The translations under genes and the position numbers were made by a program. The notes under the pieces were generated by a model that was not told where the DNA came from, ran no database searches, and saw only the letters and a list, made by a program, of their open reading frames with translations. DNA of 63,853 nt, the filler included, from Reticulomyxa filosa (taxonomy: Eukaryota; Protista; Foraminifera): NCBI GenBank assembly GCA_000512085.1. It is 21 parts of 21 records of this genome, joined end to end, with 100 filler letters (N's around TTAATTAATTAA, not from the genome) between each part and the next. Parts side by side here need not be neighbours in the genome. Positions count along the whole stretch, not along the records: positions 25,916 to 27,472 come from ASPP01025158.1; positions 27,573 to 30,538 come from ASPP01019367.1; positions 30,639 to 32,073 come from ASPP01026112.1; positions 32,174 to 33,283 come from ASPP01002102.1; positions 33,384 to 36,506 come from ASPP01018663.1; positions 36,607 to 39,970 come from ASPP01012546.1; 15 more parts are not named here. The stretch is one strand, 5' to 3'. Position 1 is the first letter of the stretch, and every line of letters starts with the position of its first letter. Positions 25,936-38,330 of the stretch are shown here, one piece after another.

Positions 25936-27472
25936 TTATTTATGGATTCGTTGAAAAATATTTGTATGTAACAAACCCATTTTGTGGAAAATGGAATGAT
26001 CTAAAATTAGTTTGCTCCACATGGCATTGAAAGTATTTTCTTTTGAATCTGTAGAAGATCCCATATAATAATCTCGCAGCCATAAATGAGTGTTTCCGCA
26101 ATCAACTTGAAGAATCTGTTGATGAAAGTGTTCAATAGCATACCATCCCCAACTGAGTTTTGGATTGGTAATATCAAGTTTTTTATCATTGCTTGTGAAT
26201 AAGCATTTGCTTAAAGCAGGAAATTTTTGATTGATAGAAGAAGAAGAAGAGTTATTTTCTTCATCCTCCTTACACATTTCGTAACAGGTATAAAAATCAA
26301 AACCAGTCGGAAGTTGTCGCATGAAATTTTTAATTTGTGTTTTGGATACTTTCAAATTAGGATTATTCATTTCTTTACATTGATGCTGCCGTAAATTTTC
26401 GATCAGATTATCACCCAAGCGTTCCATATCTTGCCAGCGACCTAAAAAAGGAGTAGCACAAAATGCCAGCATAGTTTCATCATCGTCCAACAGATTCAAG
26501 TTTTTAAACGTGGCAATGCTTTCATAAGCTTTGTTCAATCTCATTGAATTGTTTGTATGTAATGCAATATTCAGTCGAATATAGCTAATCAATTTCTCGC
26601 CAACATTCTCTGCTTGCACACTTACTTTGCCTTTTACATCTTCTCCTTGCGCTAATTGGCCTTATTTTTATTATTATTTTTTTTTAATATATTTTTTTTA
26701 AAAAAAAAAAAATATATTTATTTATTTATTTATTTAATATACCTAATTTATGAGCTTGATCTTCAGTAATGTCTTCAACCAGTGACCATGCATTTTCCAT
26801 GTCCATAGCGACAAATTGATGCCATCCAAATAATTGCTTTTTAAATTTTTGAAAGCTTTCGACAAAACTCTCACCCATTTTAATGCGCTCCGTTTCAATG
26901 GCTTCGTAGATATGTGTCGATTTCCATTCGTGATACTTGACCACAAAATGACTACCCAACAAACGCTCTCCAAACAAAGTGCTCTTCAAATCTAATGTTC
27001 GGATTTGCTTCATTAAATTTTCTATTTTTATCGCGTTAATCTTCGATTCAAATGGCTTGACTTGCTCTTTGTCCACTTGTCCTCTTGTGATTTTGCCCTT
27101 TGCTTTGCCTTGGCCTTTCGTACCCGTTCCGCTCACATTCAGATCGTCGTCGTACATTATGTCTTCTTCTTCTTCGCTTTGAATTTGCTCTGCCCACTGT
27201 CTTCGTCTTTCATTGTCTGATTCTAACTCTTCCAATGTCCTTCGGATCGTTTCAAACAACTGATTTGCTTCGTTTGTTGTTAACAACGATCCGTCTCGTC
27301 GACGAACTAACAGTTGCCCTCCTGTACTCGGGCCTGTTGGACTGAAGCGCCGACTACTCAGTATACTTAGTGATGATATAACATATGGCGTCGATTTCCT
27401 CACAGTCGAGATTGCAGGAACAAGATTCATAAACATGATACTTATAAGCTTTTGGAATACTTTGAACGTTAG
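25936..27472 (-). CDS. Hypothetical protein, internal exons of a larger gene
   Basis: Two long open frames (26726-27436 and 25936-26660) separated by an AT-rich GT-AG intron; no family recognised. Confidence 0.6.
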
Positions 27473-27620
27473 NNNNNNNNNNNNNNNNNNNNNNNNNNNN
27501 NNNNNNNNNNNNNNNNTTAATTAATTAANNNNNNNNNNNNNNNNNNNNNNNNNNNNNNNNNNNNNNNNNNNNATGCCTTTTTCACTTTCTCCTTAAAAAA
27601 AATAATTTTTTTTAAAAGGT

Positions 27621-29333
27621 GCGAGACAGCGCTTGTTCCGAAAATGGATCCGAGCCATCCCGAAAGAGACATTGGAATTCTTTTTGCTGAATTTTGGACC
27701 GGAGAACTGGCGGATGATATGCGACGTGGTACACACGGCGCCAAGCGATTTCCAGTGCCCGTACTTCCAGAGGGCGGTGTTCGACGAAGTGAAGGCCAAG
27801 GGCAACAACGAGAACGCTGATAAATACAAGCAAAAAGAAGGAGAGAGCGAACGATTGCGAGAACGAGGACGAGGAAGAGGAAGACGAGACAGAGAAGGAA
27901 TTGGAAGAGGTCGAGGCCGAGATAGATATAAATATAAAGATATAGATAAAGACAAAGACAAACGCAGAGATAGAAATCAAAGAAAAAAACATGACTTAAA
28001 AATGGCAGAGAAATCGAGTGTGTGCGAAAGTGACAAAGACAAACAACAGAAGAAAGAAGACGACGAAAAAAAGTCGAAAGAATGCAACAGCACCAAGAAG
28101 GATGCCAAAAAGAAGATAGGAGATGATAAGGACGAGAATGAAATGGACGTTGAAAAGGGTCCAGCAATACCGGTGGACTCGTTAGTAGCCCGTGCTCGTG
28201 AAGTGAACAAAGAGAACGTAGTATCACTGCTGAAAGAGTTTTCGTATTTAAGTCAGTGCTACTCGTATATTCGCAAGAAGATGGGCTTTTCGCGACACTA
28301 TGCGCCACGTCAGCACAGAAGCAACACGGCGTTGGCGTCCAGGCGACCGTTCAAAAACAATGGTCAACGCGCATACATGACTGCGACGGAACCGACGGAG
28401 GCTGTCATGATCCCCGCAGAGGCAAAGCACATTATCGCCGAAAACGCGCCTTTGGAGGATGTGTTATGGTGGTACGAGGAACTGCACTCTGTAGAGGCGG
28501 AGGCAGAAGTGTTGAATCGTCTACAAAACACATTGGAACATGAAGATCATGTCGTGTTCAGTCCAGAATCGCAACGAAGTAACTATGGCAAAATTATGGA
28601 GCGACTATTGTCTTTTCGACAGCAAAAATTTAGTTTTGTCGATACGCTGATCATCCACGCCGAAAAATTGCTAAAGTCTTTGCGCGTTCCCAAGTCTGCC
28701 AATCTTCGCTGCGCTGTGCTGGGTGATGCCAGCGGCAGCATGGAGGTAGCAATCAAATCAGCGTCAATTATCGCCTCTTTGCTAAGTGTTGCGCTCGATG
28801 CTGACCTGACATTCTTCAACAGTAATCCTTTCCCTCCTCCCGTTACTCCGCGAAATGTCAAGCAGACCATTGAGGTCGTCGAGAAAGTTGAAGCCAGAGG
28901 AGGCACTTCAATGGCCAGTGCATTGAATAAGTACTACGAAAACAAACAGATCATTGACTTGTTCATCTTAGTCAGCGACGAAGGCGAAAATGAAAAATAC
29001 AATGGTCATTGGTTTCATGAACTGTTTCAAAAATATCTTAATGAAGTCAACAGTAATTGCAAATTGTTCTTGGTATCCTTTGTCAAAGTCGGTGAAAATG
29101 GCAAAATTATGCAACGTCTTCGATCCGTGAACTTGACGTGCAAACAATTCAGATTGCATCCGAAATACCCAGACACTAGCAAATTTGATAGTTTGCTTGG
29201 CATGATCACTTTGACACTAAGCGTCATTCAAGAAAGCTTTGACACCTTATTGGACTTTATTGTATATAATCATGGATACTCCAAAACAGACGGTGCATTA
29301 GTCGCAGATGTTATTTTTTCTTATATCAAATGA
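27621..29333 (+). CDS. vWA (MIDAS) domain protein of TROVE/Ro60-like type (5' truncated)
   Basis: 566-aa open frame. Helical region (WIRAIP..LEFFLL, YSYIRK, LWWYEEL, YGKIMERLL) is followed by a vWA domain with VLGDASGSM, GGTS and FILVSDEGEN. Confidence 0.75.
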   Translation, partial: ARQRLFRKWIRAIPKETLEFFLLNFGPENWRMICDVVHTAPSDFQCPYFQRAVFDEVKAKGNNENADKYKQKEGESERLRERGRGRGRRDREGIGRGRGRDRYKYKDIDKDKDKRRDRNQRKKHDLKMAEKSSVCESDKDKQQKKEDDEKKSKECNSTKKDAKKKIGDDKDENEMDVEKGPAIPVDSLVARAREVNKENVVSLLKEFSYLSQCYSYIRKKMGFSRHYAPRQHRSNTALASRRPFKNNGQRAYMTATEPTEAVMIPAEAKHIIAENAPLEDVLWWYEELHSVEAEAEVLNRLQNTLEHEDHVVFSPESQRSNYGKIMERLLSFRQQKFSFVDTLIIHAEKLLKSLRVPKSANLRCAVLGDASGSMEVAIKSASIIASLLSVALDADLTFFNSNPFPPPVTPRNVKQTIEVVEKVEARGGTSMASALNKYYENKQIIDLFILVSDEGENEKYNGHWFHELFQKYLNEVNSNCKLFLVSFVKVGENGKIMQRLRSVNLTCKQFRLHPKYPDTSKFDSLLGMITLTLSVIQESFDTLLDFIVYNHGYSKTDGALVADVIFSYIK

Positions 29334-29924
29334 TTGAAATGATATCATCTTTCAAACATATACTTTCTCTTTTACATTTTTTTATTAGTTGATAAATTTA
29401 TTTTACTTTGTTTTACAAAAAAAAAATTCTTTTTTGATTACATTGTGTGTTTTTTATATGATTTTTTCCGTTTGAAAAAAGTTTCATTTTAATAAAACAT
29501 AATTTTTTGAATATTTTCTTTTGTGTCAACACTTGTTTGAATGTTGTTGTTTGAAAATAAATAAAAAAAAGCTTTGACTATGGAATTGAAATAAAAATTA
29601 TGTGTAAATATATAACAAATAAAAAAAATGTTATATTAATTGATTAATATGAAAAAAATAAATATAAATGAAAGATATTGACAGATGACATTGTTTGGAT
29701 CAAATTGGTTAAATGATATTACTTAAATGGAAAAAAAACAAAAATATTAATATAAAGTGAATTTATAATAAAATGAACATATTAAAAGAAATTAATTAAT
29801 GTGCTATATATCATACATATAAAAGGTATATTTTTTTATATATCGAAAATGTGTTTATTTATTAAGATAAAAGAAAATCTATATCAAATAATGATAAAGA
29901 TTTAAATGATTTTATGTAATATAG

Positions 29925-30062
29925 AGTAGAATGCAAAGTAAAGTTGACATATAAAACGTAATCTTAAATATATTATCGATTTTCTTCATGAAAAAACAAC
30001 ATTTAGACTTAATTTTTTTTAAAAAATATATACAAATTGTGTACTTTTTAAATATCATTTTG
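29925..30062 (+). repeat. Dispersed AT-rich repeat, copy 1
   Basis: AGTAGAATGCAAAGTAAAGTTGACA...CATGAAAAAACAACATT...GTGTACTTTTTAAATATCATTTTG is shared with 33124-33263 on another contig. Confidence 0.8.
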
Positions 30063-30949
30063 GTTTTTTATTAAATATTTACTAATTATTTCAATATTTT
30101 ATACTTTATTTTTCTTTTTTTTTTTTTAGATAAATGTCGTTCGATATTTGATTTTTTTTTAACAAAAATCGTGATGTTGAGTTGTTGTATAAGTGCTGGA
30201 GTTTGTTTAAAGTTGAAAACAATTTTGTGTAAATTATGAATTTGCGTAAATGGAATATTACGTTCATCATAAAAACATCAATAGTTAGTAGTTGAATCAT
30301 AACGTGTGGTCTTGGTTTGTAGTGTTATGATCTGTTTATGCACGTAACATTAATTGATGTGTCAATGCATATTTTTACAAAGAAATTCTATTTGATGAAA
30401 TGCTCAGAAAGCATTAATTGATGTTTAGAAGATAATAGAAATTGTATATTTTGGCAAGGTAATGCCACTAATCACACAGAAATTACAGCAAAATAAGATT
30501 TAAACAAAACGCTAACAAAATATTGAATTTCACTTCAANNNNNNNNNNNNNNNNNNNNNNNNNNNNNNNNNNNNNNNNNNNNTTAATTAATTAANNNNNN
30601 NNNNNNNNNNNNNNNNNNNNNNNNNNNNNNNNNNNNNNTTGTAGAAGACCAAGCAAATATAGGACAATATGAAGAATATATTCCAGTATTTTACAAAGAC
30701 AGCAACATCAAGAATCAATACCAGAAAAAACATTATTTGAATTAATATTAAATTGGATGACGATATTGTTGATCATAGTATCGACTTGTTATGTTATATT
30801 CTATGGTATAACATCATTTGATATTATTAAAATGGAAAAAATTAGTGATAATGTATGGTTTGGAAATGGATCAATTGACCATTTCAAATTGATTGTGGAT
30901 GGTTTTACGGACATAAGATGGAGACCAAGTTTTGGAATTGGATTTTTAA

Positions 30950-31310
30950 TTGGATTTGGGTATTTGAGGAAATTTGTTTATTTTGAGTTTGAGTTTGATT
31001 GTAGTTGGGTTAGGTTGATGTTGGAATTATGTTATGTTGGATGTTGGGTTGTTGTTGGACTGTGTTGTTGTTACGTTGGGGTCGGATTAAATTGGGGTTA
31101 AATTGTGTTAGGGTTAAGTTGGGGTTGGATTGGATTGGGGTCAGGTTAAGTTGGGGTTATTTTGGGTTAAGTTAGGTTGAAGTTGGATTAGTTGGGGTTA
31201 GGCTGGGTTTTTTGAATTAAGTTGTTTTAATTTTACTGAGTTAAATAGGTGTTTTTTGGTTTAGTTGGGTTTGGGGAGTTGGGTTGGTTTGGGTTAGATT
31301 GGAGAGGGTT
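30950..31310 (+). repeat. Degenerate G/T-rich pentamer microsatellite (GGGTT/GGATT/AAGTT)n = (RRYYY)n on the minus strand
   Basis: Strong G/T strand bias and ~5-nt TT periodicity. Confidence 0.65.
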
Positions 31311-31354
31311 GTATTGGAAATAAAAAAGAAAAAAATAGATTGGAAAAAAAGGAT

Positions 31355-31842
31355 TGGATCGATTGGTATTGATAATTAAATTGGTAAGTAGGGTTGGATT
31401 GGATTGGACCAGTTTAGATTATTTAAAATGATGAAGATAGAGGAGGAGATGGCATTGGAATACTTAATAAAGAAAAGATTCTACAAAATAACCATTTAAG
31501 TCGATTTATATTTATATATTTTTTGTTTTTATATTTTATATATTTGTATTCTTTTTTAAAACATAGTTCAAACAATTTGATGTGCGTGTGTTTGTCTATA
31601 TTTTTTTTTGTTTGTTTGTATTTGCTTGTGTTTGTTTGTGCGTTTTATGTTTTATGTCAAATATAGATTAAAAAAATATGTTAAAAAAGAATTCAAGGCT
31701 TCAAGACAATCAAAATTAAGGTCTATTAAATGGCAAGTATTCCTGTGTCCTCTTCCATCTATCCTTCAAAGATATGATATTATGGCCCACCATCCAGAAC
31801 CCTACATGCACTAATTTTAATTATCAATCCAATACCGATCCA
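31355..31842. repeat. Imperfect inverted repeat, ~110-bp arms (31355-31465 / 31735-31842), ~270-bp spacer
   Basis: Co-linear reverse-complement matches AAGTATTCC, AACCCTAC, TTTAATTATCAAT and CGATCCA; further out, TCCAATACAA (31309-31318 vs 31882-31891). Confidence 0.7.
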
Positions 31843-31894
31843 GTTATTAATTTTAAAAATAAAAATAATAAAAAAATTAAATCCAATACAATCC

Positions 31895-32073
31895 AAACTG
31901 ATTTAACTTGGATTGATTTGGCTCAACTTACTTGGATATTTCTGATCGATCTGGCTGATTTCTGGCCTCTTTATTCCACTAAGCTCCATTTAGCTTGATT
32001 TAAATTGATTCAGCTTGGTTTAATTAATTTGACTTGATTTTGGCTTTATTCAATTTTGATTTGACTTAACTTG
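31895..32073 (+). repeat. Degenerate pentamer microsatellite (AACTT/GATTT/GACTT/GGCTT)n = (RRYYY)n on the plus strand
   Basis: For example AGCTT GATTT AAATT GATTC AGCTT GGTTT ... GACTT GATTT GGCTT ... GATTT GACTT AACTT. Confidence 0.7.
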
Positions 32074-32173
32074 NNNNNNNNNNNNNNNNNNNNNNNNNNN
32101 NNNNNNNNNNNNNNNNNTTAATTAATTAANNNNNNNNNNNNNNNNNNNNNNNNNNNNNNNNNNNNNNNNNNNN

Positions 32174-32482
32174 AAATGATTTTAACTGGGCGAATAAACT
32201 CGAACAACTCACTGATATTTGCTTCATTGTCTTTTTGGTTTGCTCCATCCACTCGTTCATACTTGCTATTGTCTGCTCTTCTAATGGCATTGCATTTGGG
32301 ATTGCACTTGGCACACCGCGCTCGCTTTCTGCTCCCATCGCTCGGATTAGAGGCTCAGTTGTCTTTTGCTCTTGTTGCTCGTTGCATATATGCTCATCAT
32401 TATTCTGGGAACCCATACTACCCACGCGAGACCAATACAAAATATTGCCTGGTGACGTCATTATTAAAATGGGGTCATCCAA
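32174..32482 (-). CDS. Hypothetical protein, 5' part
   Basis: GC-richer open frame running off the contig edge; start codon uncertain. Confidence 0.35.
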
Positions 32483-33123
32483 TACCCATCCAACTCTTTT
32501 TTTTTAACTGCGTTGTTGCATTTTTATTTGATGATAGAACTTGAAACAGTTCATTACAATACTTTTCTAAAAGAGTAACTTATATTATTTTTTTAAAAGT
32601 TATTCATTCAGCTTACTTCATTATATAGCTTTTGCTCTTTTATTTTCTCATTACATTTTTAGATTATATAGTGGTTTTTAATGCTTTCTTAGATTTTAAT
32701 TTTCAATAATAATAAAAAGGTTAAAAAGATTATCGATATATCATGACAAGAATTTCGAAGAAAATCTTTGAAGAAATTTCCAAAAATGGAAAAACTAAAG
32801 TAAACATTATGAAGAAATTTTATTATTGCATTCAATTATTTTTTCTTTTGAAGAATATTTTGTGACATTAAACAACAAATTATAATGTATATATATTGCA
32901 TTAAATCATTGGAAAAAATACATAAAGGTTTTGAATGAAGAAGCATTTATTTTTACGAAAAGTAAAAAATAATTTTAAGATTAAATAAAAACTGTAAAAC
33001 AATGTCAAATGAATAATTTGGAGCGTGGTTATTGAATAAATCCAAATGGAAATATGAAATTACAAAAGATAACATTCCTTTATTTGCTTTTCCATTGACT
33101 CTTACCTTGATTTTGTTACGTAC

Positions 33124-33263
33124 AGTAGAATGCAAAGTAAAGTTGACACATAAAATGGCACCTTAGAGAAATGATTTTCTACATGAAAAAACAACATTCA
33201 GACCTAATTTTTTTTTATTAAAAAAAATATCTACAAATAGTGTACTTTTTAAATATCATTTTG
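33124..33263 (+). repeat. Dispersed AT-rich repeat, copy 2
   Basis: See 29925-30062. Confidence 0.8.
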
Positions 33264-33579
33264 AATTTAGTTTTTTATTACATNNNNNNNNNNNNNNNNN
33301 NNNNNNNNNNNNNNNNNNNNNNNNNNNTTAATTAATTAANNNNNNNNNNNNNNNNNNNNNNNNNNNNNNNNNNNNNNNNNNNNAGAAAGAAAGAGAAAGG
33401 ACAAATTTCAAAAAAAAAAAAAAAAACAATAACGACCACAACCGCATATCCGCACATAAACTAAGCAAAAAGGAGGGTGGCACACTGACTATAGAAACGA
33501 TAGCTAATGAGTATAAAGGAAGACAAGACCAAACAAAACAACAACTTTTTTTTTTTTTTTTTTTTGACACACGTGAATA

Positions 33580-34872
33580 GAAAGAAGGCGAGTTATTTGT
33601 TGCGAATTCGCAACAACATTATAGTTTTATTGCTTCGTTTTCTTGCTGTCGCATTTGTTCAGATATGTTAAAGGAAGCAATGATAATGAAGAATAGCAGT
33701 GGATTGATAACATTTCTCGACATTGACAAAGAGGAAAAGGGAACAAAAAGCGGTTCGATGCTATTGCCACGAAGTGAAAACGAAATAGACAGGTCGTGGT
33801 ACAATAAGTGGAACAGTCAAATGTGGAACATTTCCAAGATAAACAATGTGATCGAGCGACTGCAACAAGACGTAAAGGCATGCAACTCAATCAATCGCAA
33901 ACAAAAAAAAGGAAAACGAGACAAGTACTCTCCGTTGCCATTGGTGCGAATGTTTTCTATGCAAAATCGAACTAGCAAAAACGGTTTAATTCACCCCTAC
34001 GACCTAGCTTGGTATCCGTCTAAGCAACAAATGTTTGTCTCTGTCCAAGATACTCACAGTATCTTTGTGTACGATGAACATGGAATGCCCATTCATGTAA
34101 AGAAAAAAGGTAATATCAAATACCCTGGAGAAATCATCCGATATGAGCGCGGTAAGAATTTTTTTTTTTTTTTTTTTTTTGCAAATGATTGAACATAATA
34201 ATAAATACATAGATTGTATTCTTTTGGTATATACATATATTGATACACAGGAGTACAAGGAGATGACACAACGGTTCGTGGTATTGCTGTTGATGACGAT
34301 ATTCATCGGTTATTTGTGACGGTCCCATTTCGTCATATGGTGATGGTGTATTGTACCAGGTCGGAAAAGAATAATGCCCAGCCATGCGGCTTATATGAAA
34401 ACATTTATAACATTTCTTGGGACTTAGACAATGCTTTTCCCATTGACGTTGTTACTGGAAGTCCTTATTACAATCAAACCATTTTTGTCGGGGACAAATT
34501 TCACAACCGAATTTATGCCTATCATGTGGAATCTTTTGGTAAATGACTCTGATCCAATTTCTGTTGCACAACAAAACAAAAACCAAAGAAAATAGTATAT
34601 GGTCACATTAACAAATATGCCTTCCTGAACATTGTTTACGTTTTATATGTGTAGGGTTTCGATTGCTATGGACATCTCGAGATACGGATCTGCTATTGCA
34701 TCCTTCGGGTATAGCGGTCAGCAAAGATGCCCTTTATGTTGTTTCAAAGCAAAGAAATCGTGTCTTGTTATTTGATCCACAGAATGGACATTATCAAGGA
34801 GAACTCCTTCACTTTGATCTCCATGTGGAAGGTGAACAGCTTCTTTATTTACCTGACTTGGGATGCCACTAA
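33580..34872 (+). CDS. NHL/YVTN-like beta-propeller protein (5' truncated)
   Basis: Blade motifs GELFVANS, LIHPYDLAW..QMFVS, VRGIAVDDDIHRLFVT, IFVGDKFHNRIYAY and LLHPSGIAVSKDALYVVS..NRVLLFD across three exons. Confidence 0.7.
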
Positions 34873-35472
34873 CGTAAGGGAATTGATAGTTCCTTCATTT
34901 GTGTCTACGTACTTTTACATTGTGCTTGTGCTGTCTAAATATTGCTTGTAAGAGGCTGTTGCTTTGTTTGTAAAGTTTTTTTTGGTTAACATTCTTGGCA
35001 ATTTTCGAATTTTTTTGCAAACATATTATTATCTGTGTCGACGACACACTCTTCTTTTGTCTTTGAGAGACCCTCTCACTTTCTTAAATCAAAATACTCA
35101 TGTTTCGTTGAGGATTCAAAGCAATGTCTCTTCTTTCTTTTGCATGTAATCTCGAGCCAAAAAAAATTGTCAAGCAGATCTTTCGCTTTTCAATAAGCAG
35201 TTTGTAATGGCTGACAAGTGTCTATTCAACATTCGCTATTTCCAATTATCTTTGTTTATTGCGTATAACGCTTACACTGAAATTGTCTAAAGCAAGTGCT
35301 ATTGTTATTTGCATATAATCTAAACTCAAATTATTGCAAAATATAATAACACTAAGTGACGCGTGGAAAGAACAAAACAAAAAAAACGGATTTGGAAAAG
35401 TTCCGAGGTGTTTTTTTTTTTCTAATCAATATAAATACGATAATAGACTTTGGGGATTTGAGGTGAAGCAAA

Positions 35473-36506
35473 ATGAAAGAGCTTGTCACTAAGAAACCAA
35501 AACGACGAGCCTCTCAAAAAGAGTGGAAGGGGCTGTTGCCGTTGCGACACGCGGCGAAGGCAAAGGAAGTGAGCAACAAGCAATCAGTAGCGTTTAAGAT
35601 CCACAACGGACCGAGCAATGATTTGAGTGTGATAACGAGGACATTTGGGGAGAGTTTCGATATAAAGATATATGTGAAGAACACACTGAGTAGTATCGAT
35701 CCAACGGAATCAAGCGACATATTAGAAGATTTGAGAGATCGTCGGAACGAGACAGCGAAGGACTTGTCGCGAAAAGTGGGGAACAATTACGTGCAGTTTA
35801 TAGATATGTCAAGGAATGTAATAAACATAGAAAACCAAATGGAAGAGATTAGCATAATGTTGAAGAACTTTCAAAACTCGATGAAAGACCTGAAGGAGAC
35901 AAGATTCGGATTGTTGATCCAAGCGCACAAATCGCACTCCCATGGCAAGAAAGATAAAGGTAATGATAACGATAAGGACAGTGACGATGACGATGACGAT
36001 CATCATAATAGTAATAACAATAACAATGAAGCGAATGAAAAATATGAGAAATCAAAGAGACTGCTTTTGGCACATGGCAAGAACGACCCAGCGACAACGA
36101 CGACGACGATGACGACGAGACACGACAACAACGACAGCAGTAGCGGCAGCAGCAGCGGCAGCAGCAGCAACAGCAGCAGCAGCAGAGATGTTGTTGTACG
36201 ACGAAGACGTGATGCAATCACTGCGCGAGCACAAGGAGAAGATGGAGCGCAATTGGCAACTGATCCAAACATGGCACGAGCAGATATCGCAATACATTTG
36301 TAATCGGCAGTTCAATGAAGCAGTGGATCTAATGATCAACGCGCCGCTAATGAAGAAGCACTACGCCTACAGCGGCAATGGTCGTGGTGATCGTCTCTTC
36401 GAACATCAGCAAGAGAACGATCACAAGTCGCAACAGCAGGTCTACGCATCGCTCTTTAACTTCCATCGTAACACGCTGCGCACACTGTTGGAACAGCAGT
36501 TGCAAG
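35473..36506 (+). CDS. EXO84: Exocyst subunit Exo84/EXOC8 (3' truncated)
   Basis: Vps51/Exo84 N-terminal coiled coil (FDIKIYVK...DLSRKVGNNYVQFIDMSRNVINIENQM), then, after a frameshifted trinucleotide-repeat tract, EQISQYICNRQFNEAVDLM (Exo84 'LDVxIAxRxFExAVDL' motif). Confidence 0.7.
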
Positions 36507-37342
36507 NNNNNNNNNNNNNNNNNNNNNNNNNNNNNNNNNNNNNNNNNNNNTTAATTAATTAANNNNNNNNNNNNNNNNNNNNNNNNNNNNNNNNNNNNNN
36601 NNNNNNGTTTTATGCAAAGATGACAAAAACTTGTTCACCATTGATTTTTTTGTGAAAACAAATCCGCGAGCGACTGAAAATATTGTGACAAACAGACCCA
36701 AAAAAAAAAAGTGCACTTTGTTACCAAGTATTTTATGTTTACGTTTTATAGGTTATGATTCGCACAACGAAAAAAGAAAAATTCCAAATCGAAGTAGTTC
36801 ACTTTATAATTATAAACTTGATTTCTTTTAATTTGAAGTGTTGTGTAAAACAATTTCTTTTTTAGTTAGTGAAAATAAACTTTTTAATATTTCGATTTTT
36901 TTCAATTTCTAAAAGCTTCGTTTTTAGAATTTCATTGTAAAAACAGACATTTTTTTGCGAGAAACAAACAAGGGAAACAAAGTCAAATGAAACATAATTT
37001 TACATTTTTATTTTGTGCGATACGACAGCTTGGTTAATCAAAATTTGTACTCTGACATGTCGGACATATTACTATGTTGATTACGTGGTTGTGAGTCCAC
37101 AAAGACTATCTAATGATTTTTAAAAAATCTGGAGCCATTTCTTTTGTTTGGAGAGTAATTTTTTTTATTATTTTCAAAAAAAGTACATAAATTGTAAGTG
37201 TATAAAAATCTTAAAGATTTCTTTTAATGATTTTATTCTTTATTGATAAAAAAAGAAGTTACATCCATCTTCTTCACATTGTTTCAAACTACTCCAACAA
37301 AGACATTCAAATCAACCTCTTATTTTGCTGATTGCTTCAATA

Positions 37343-38330
37343 ATGTATGATCCCGACCAATTTGAGCACAATGATATGTCCAATATGTGGAAACGTAAAA
37401 TATTTGCTAATCTAATGTTTGATGACACGCCAACGATCAATTTCAGTAAAAAGCCATGTTTTAATGTAAAAAAAATTTATTTCAATTAAACTGAAAAAAG
37501 ACTGGCCTTAAATCACTTTTTTTTAAAACAAAGAACTCTCCCTTCGTTGTGGGTATGTCTTTTGAAATAATCACTCATGGAGAATTGATAACAGGAACAT
37601 TTTGTAGTAATTCTTTACAACCCAATTTCGAAAGTACACCAACCCAAGTAACGGTGACGTGTTGTACAGATTCTAAAAACGCTTCTAGCACAAATTTTTC
37701 ATCCAAATCGCAAGTGGCAATTGTCGATACAACACTTGCAAATGTACCAGTCCCAAATGACAGAATCCGACGTAATCTAATCCTGGCACAATTAACTGGC
37801 AAGTATTGTTGCTATTGCTTCTCCTATCCAAACGGAGTGCGTTAAGTTATATTTAAATGGAAGTAAAAGAAAAACGACGATAGCAATTCAGTCCTTTTGA
37901 AATACAAAACATCACAGAAATGTTAACAACAATTCAATGTTTACTATGGATAATATACGGCTTTTCACAAATCAAGGAAAGTATGTGGTGGTCGCTTATA
38001 TTGACAGTGTCAGTGATAATGTGTTGTATTGGTTTTAAGGGTGCAATTGAACTAAAAGCGAAGTATCTACAATATTATCAAAATTATTTGATAAGTGAAA
38101 TATTGTTTAGTATAGTTGCTATCATCATTTTCATTGCTCATGAATACGTGCAAGGTATTATATCACAATTCGTGGCGCTTCTGTCTTTTGTTTATTGTGC
38201 GTTTGTTGTCAATGACTTTATTTTTGTCATTGAATTGGTGGATGGAAACACAACATCCCAACTGAATACTTTTTTTGAAGAAATAACAGCATTTTTTTTA
38301 ACATTGATTTCACGATTTTCATTTTTTTAA
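37343..38330 (+). CDS. Four-transmembrane protein with a Cys-rich CCYCF motif
   Basis: Spliced GKYCCYCFSYPNGVQMLTTIQCLLWIIYG followed by further hydrophobic segments; exon structure partly inferred. Confidence 0.55.

Noticed and set aside
27517-28906. Long antisense or overlapping ORFs (also 43292-44050, 35849-36339, 56683-57270)
   Set aside because: Shadows of low-complexity or GC-richer sense genes, with no independent motifs.
31080-31300. Telomere or telomere-like array (TTAGGG/TTGGGG)
   Set aside because: Only isolated hexamers. The periodicity is mainly 5 nt, the tract is internal to the contig, and it is mirrored by the opposite-strand pentamer tract.
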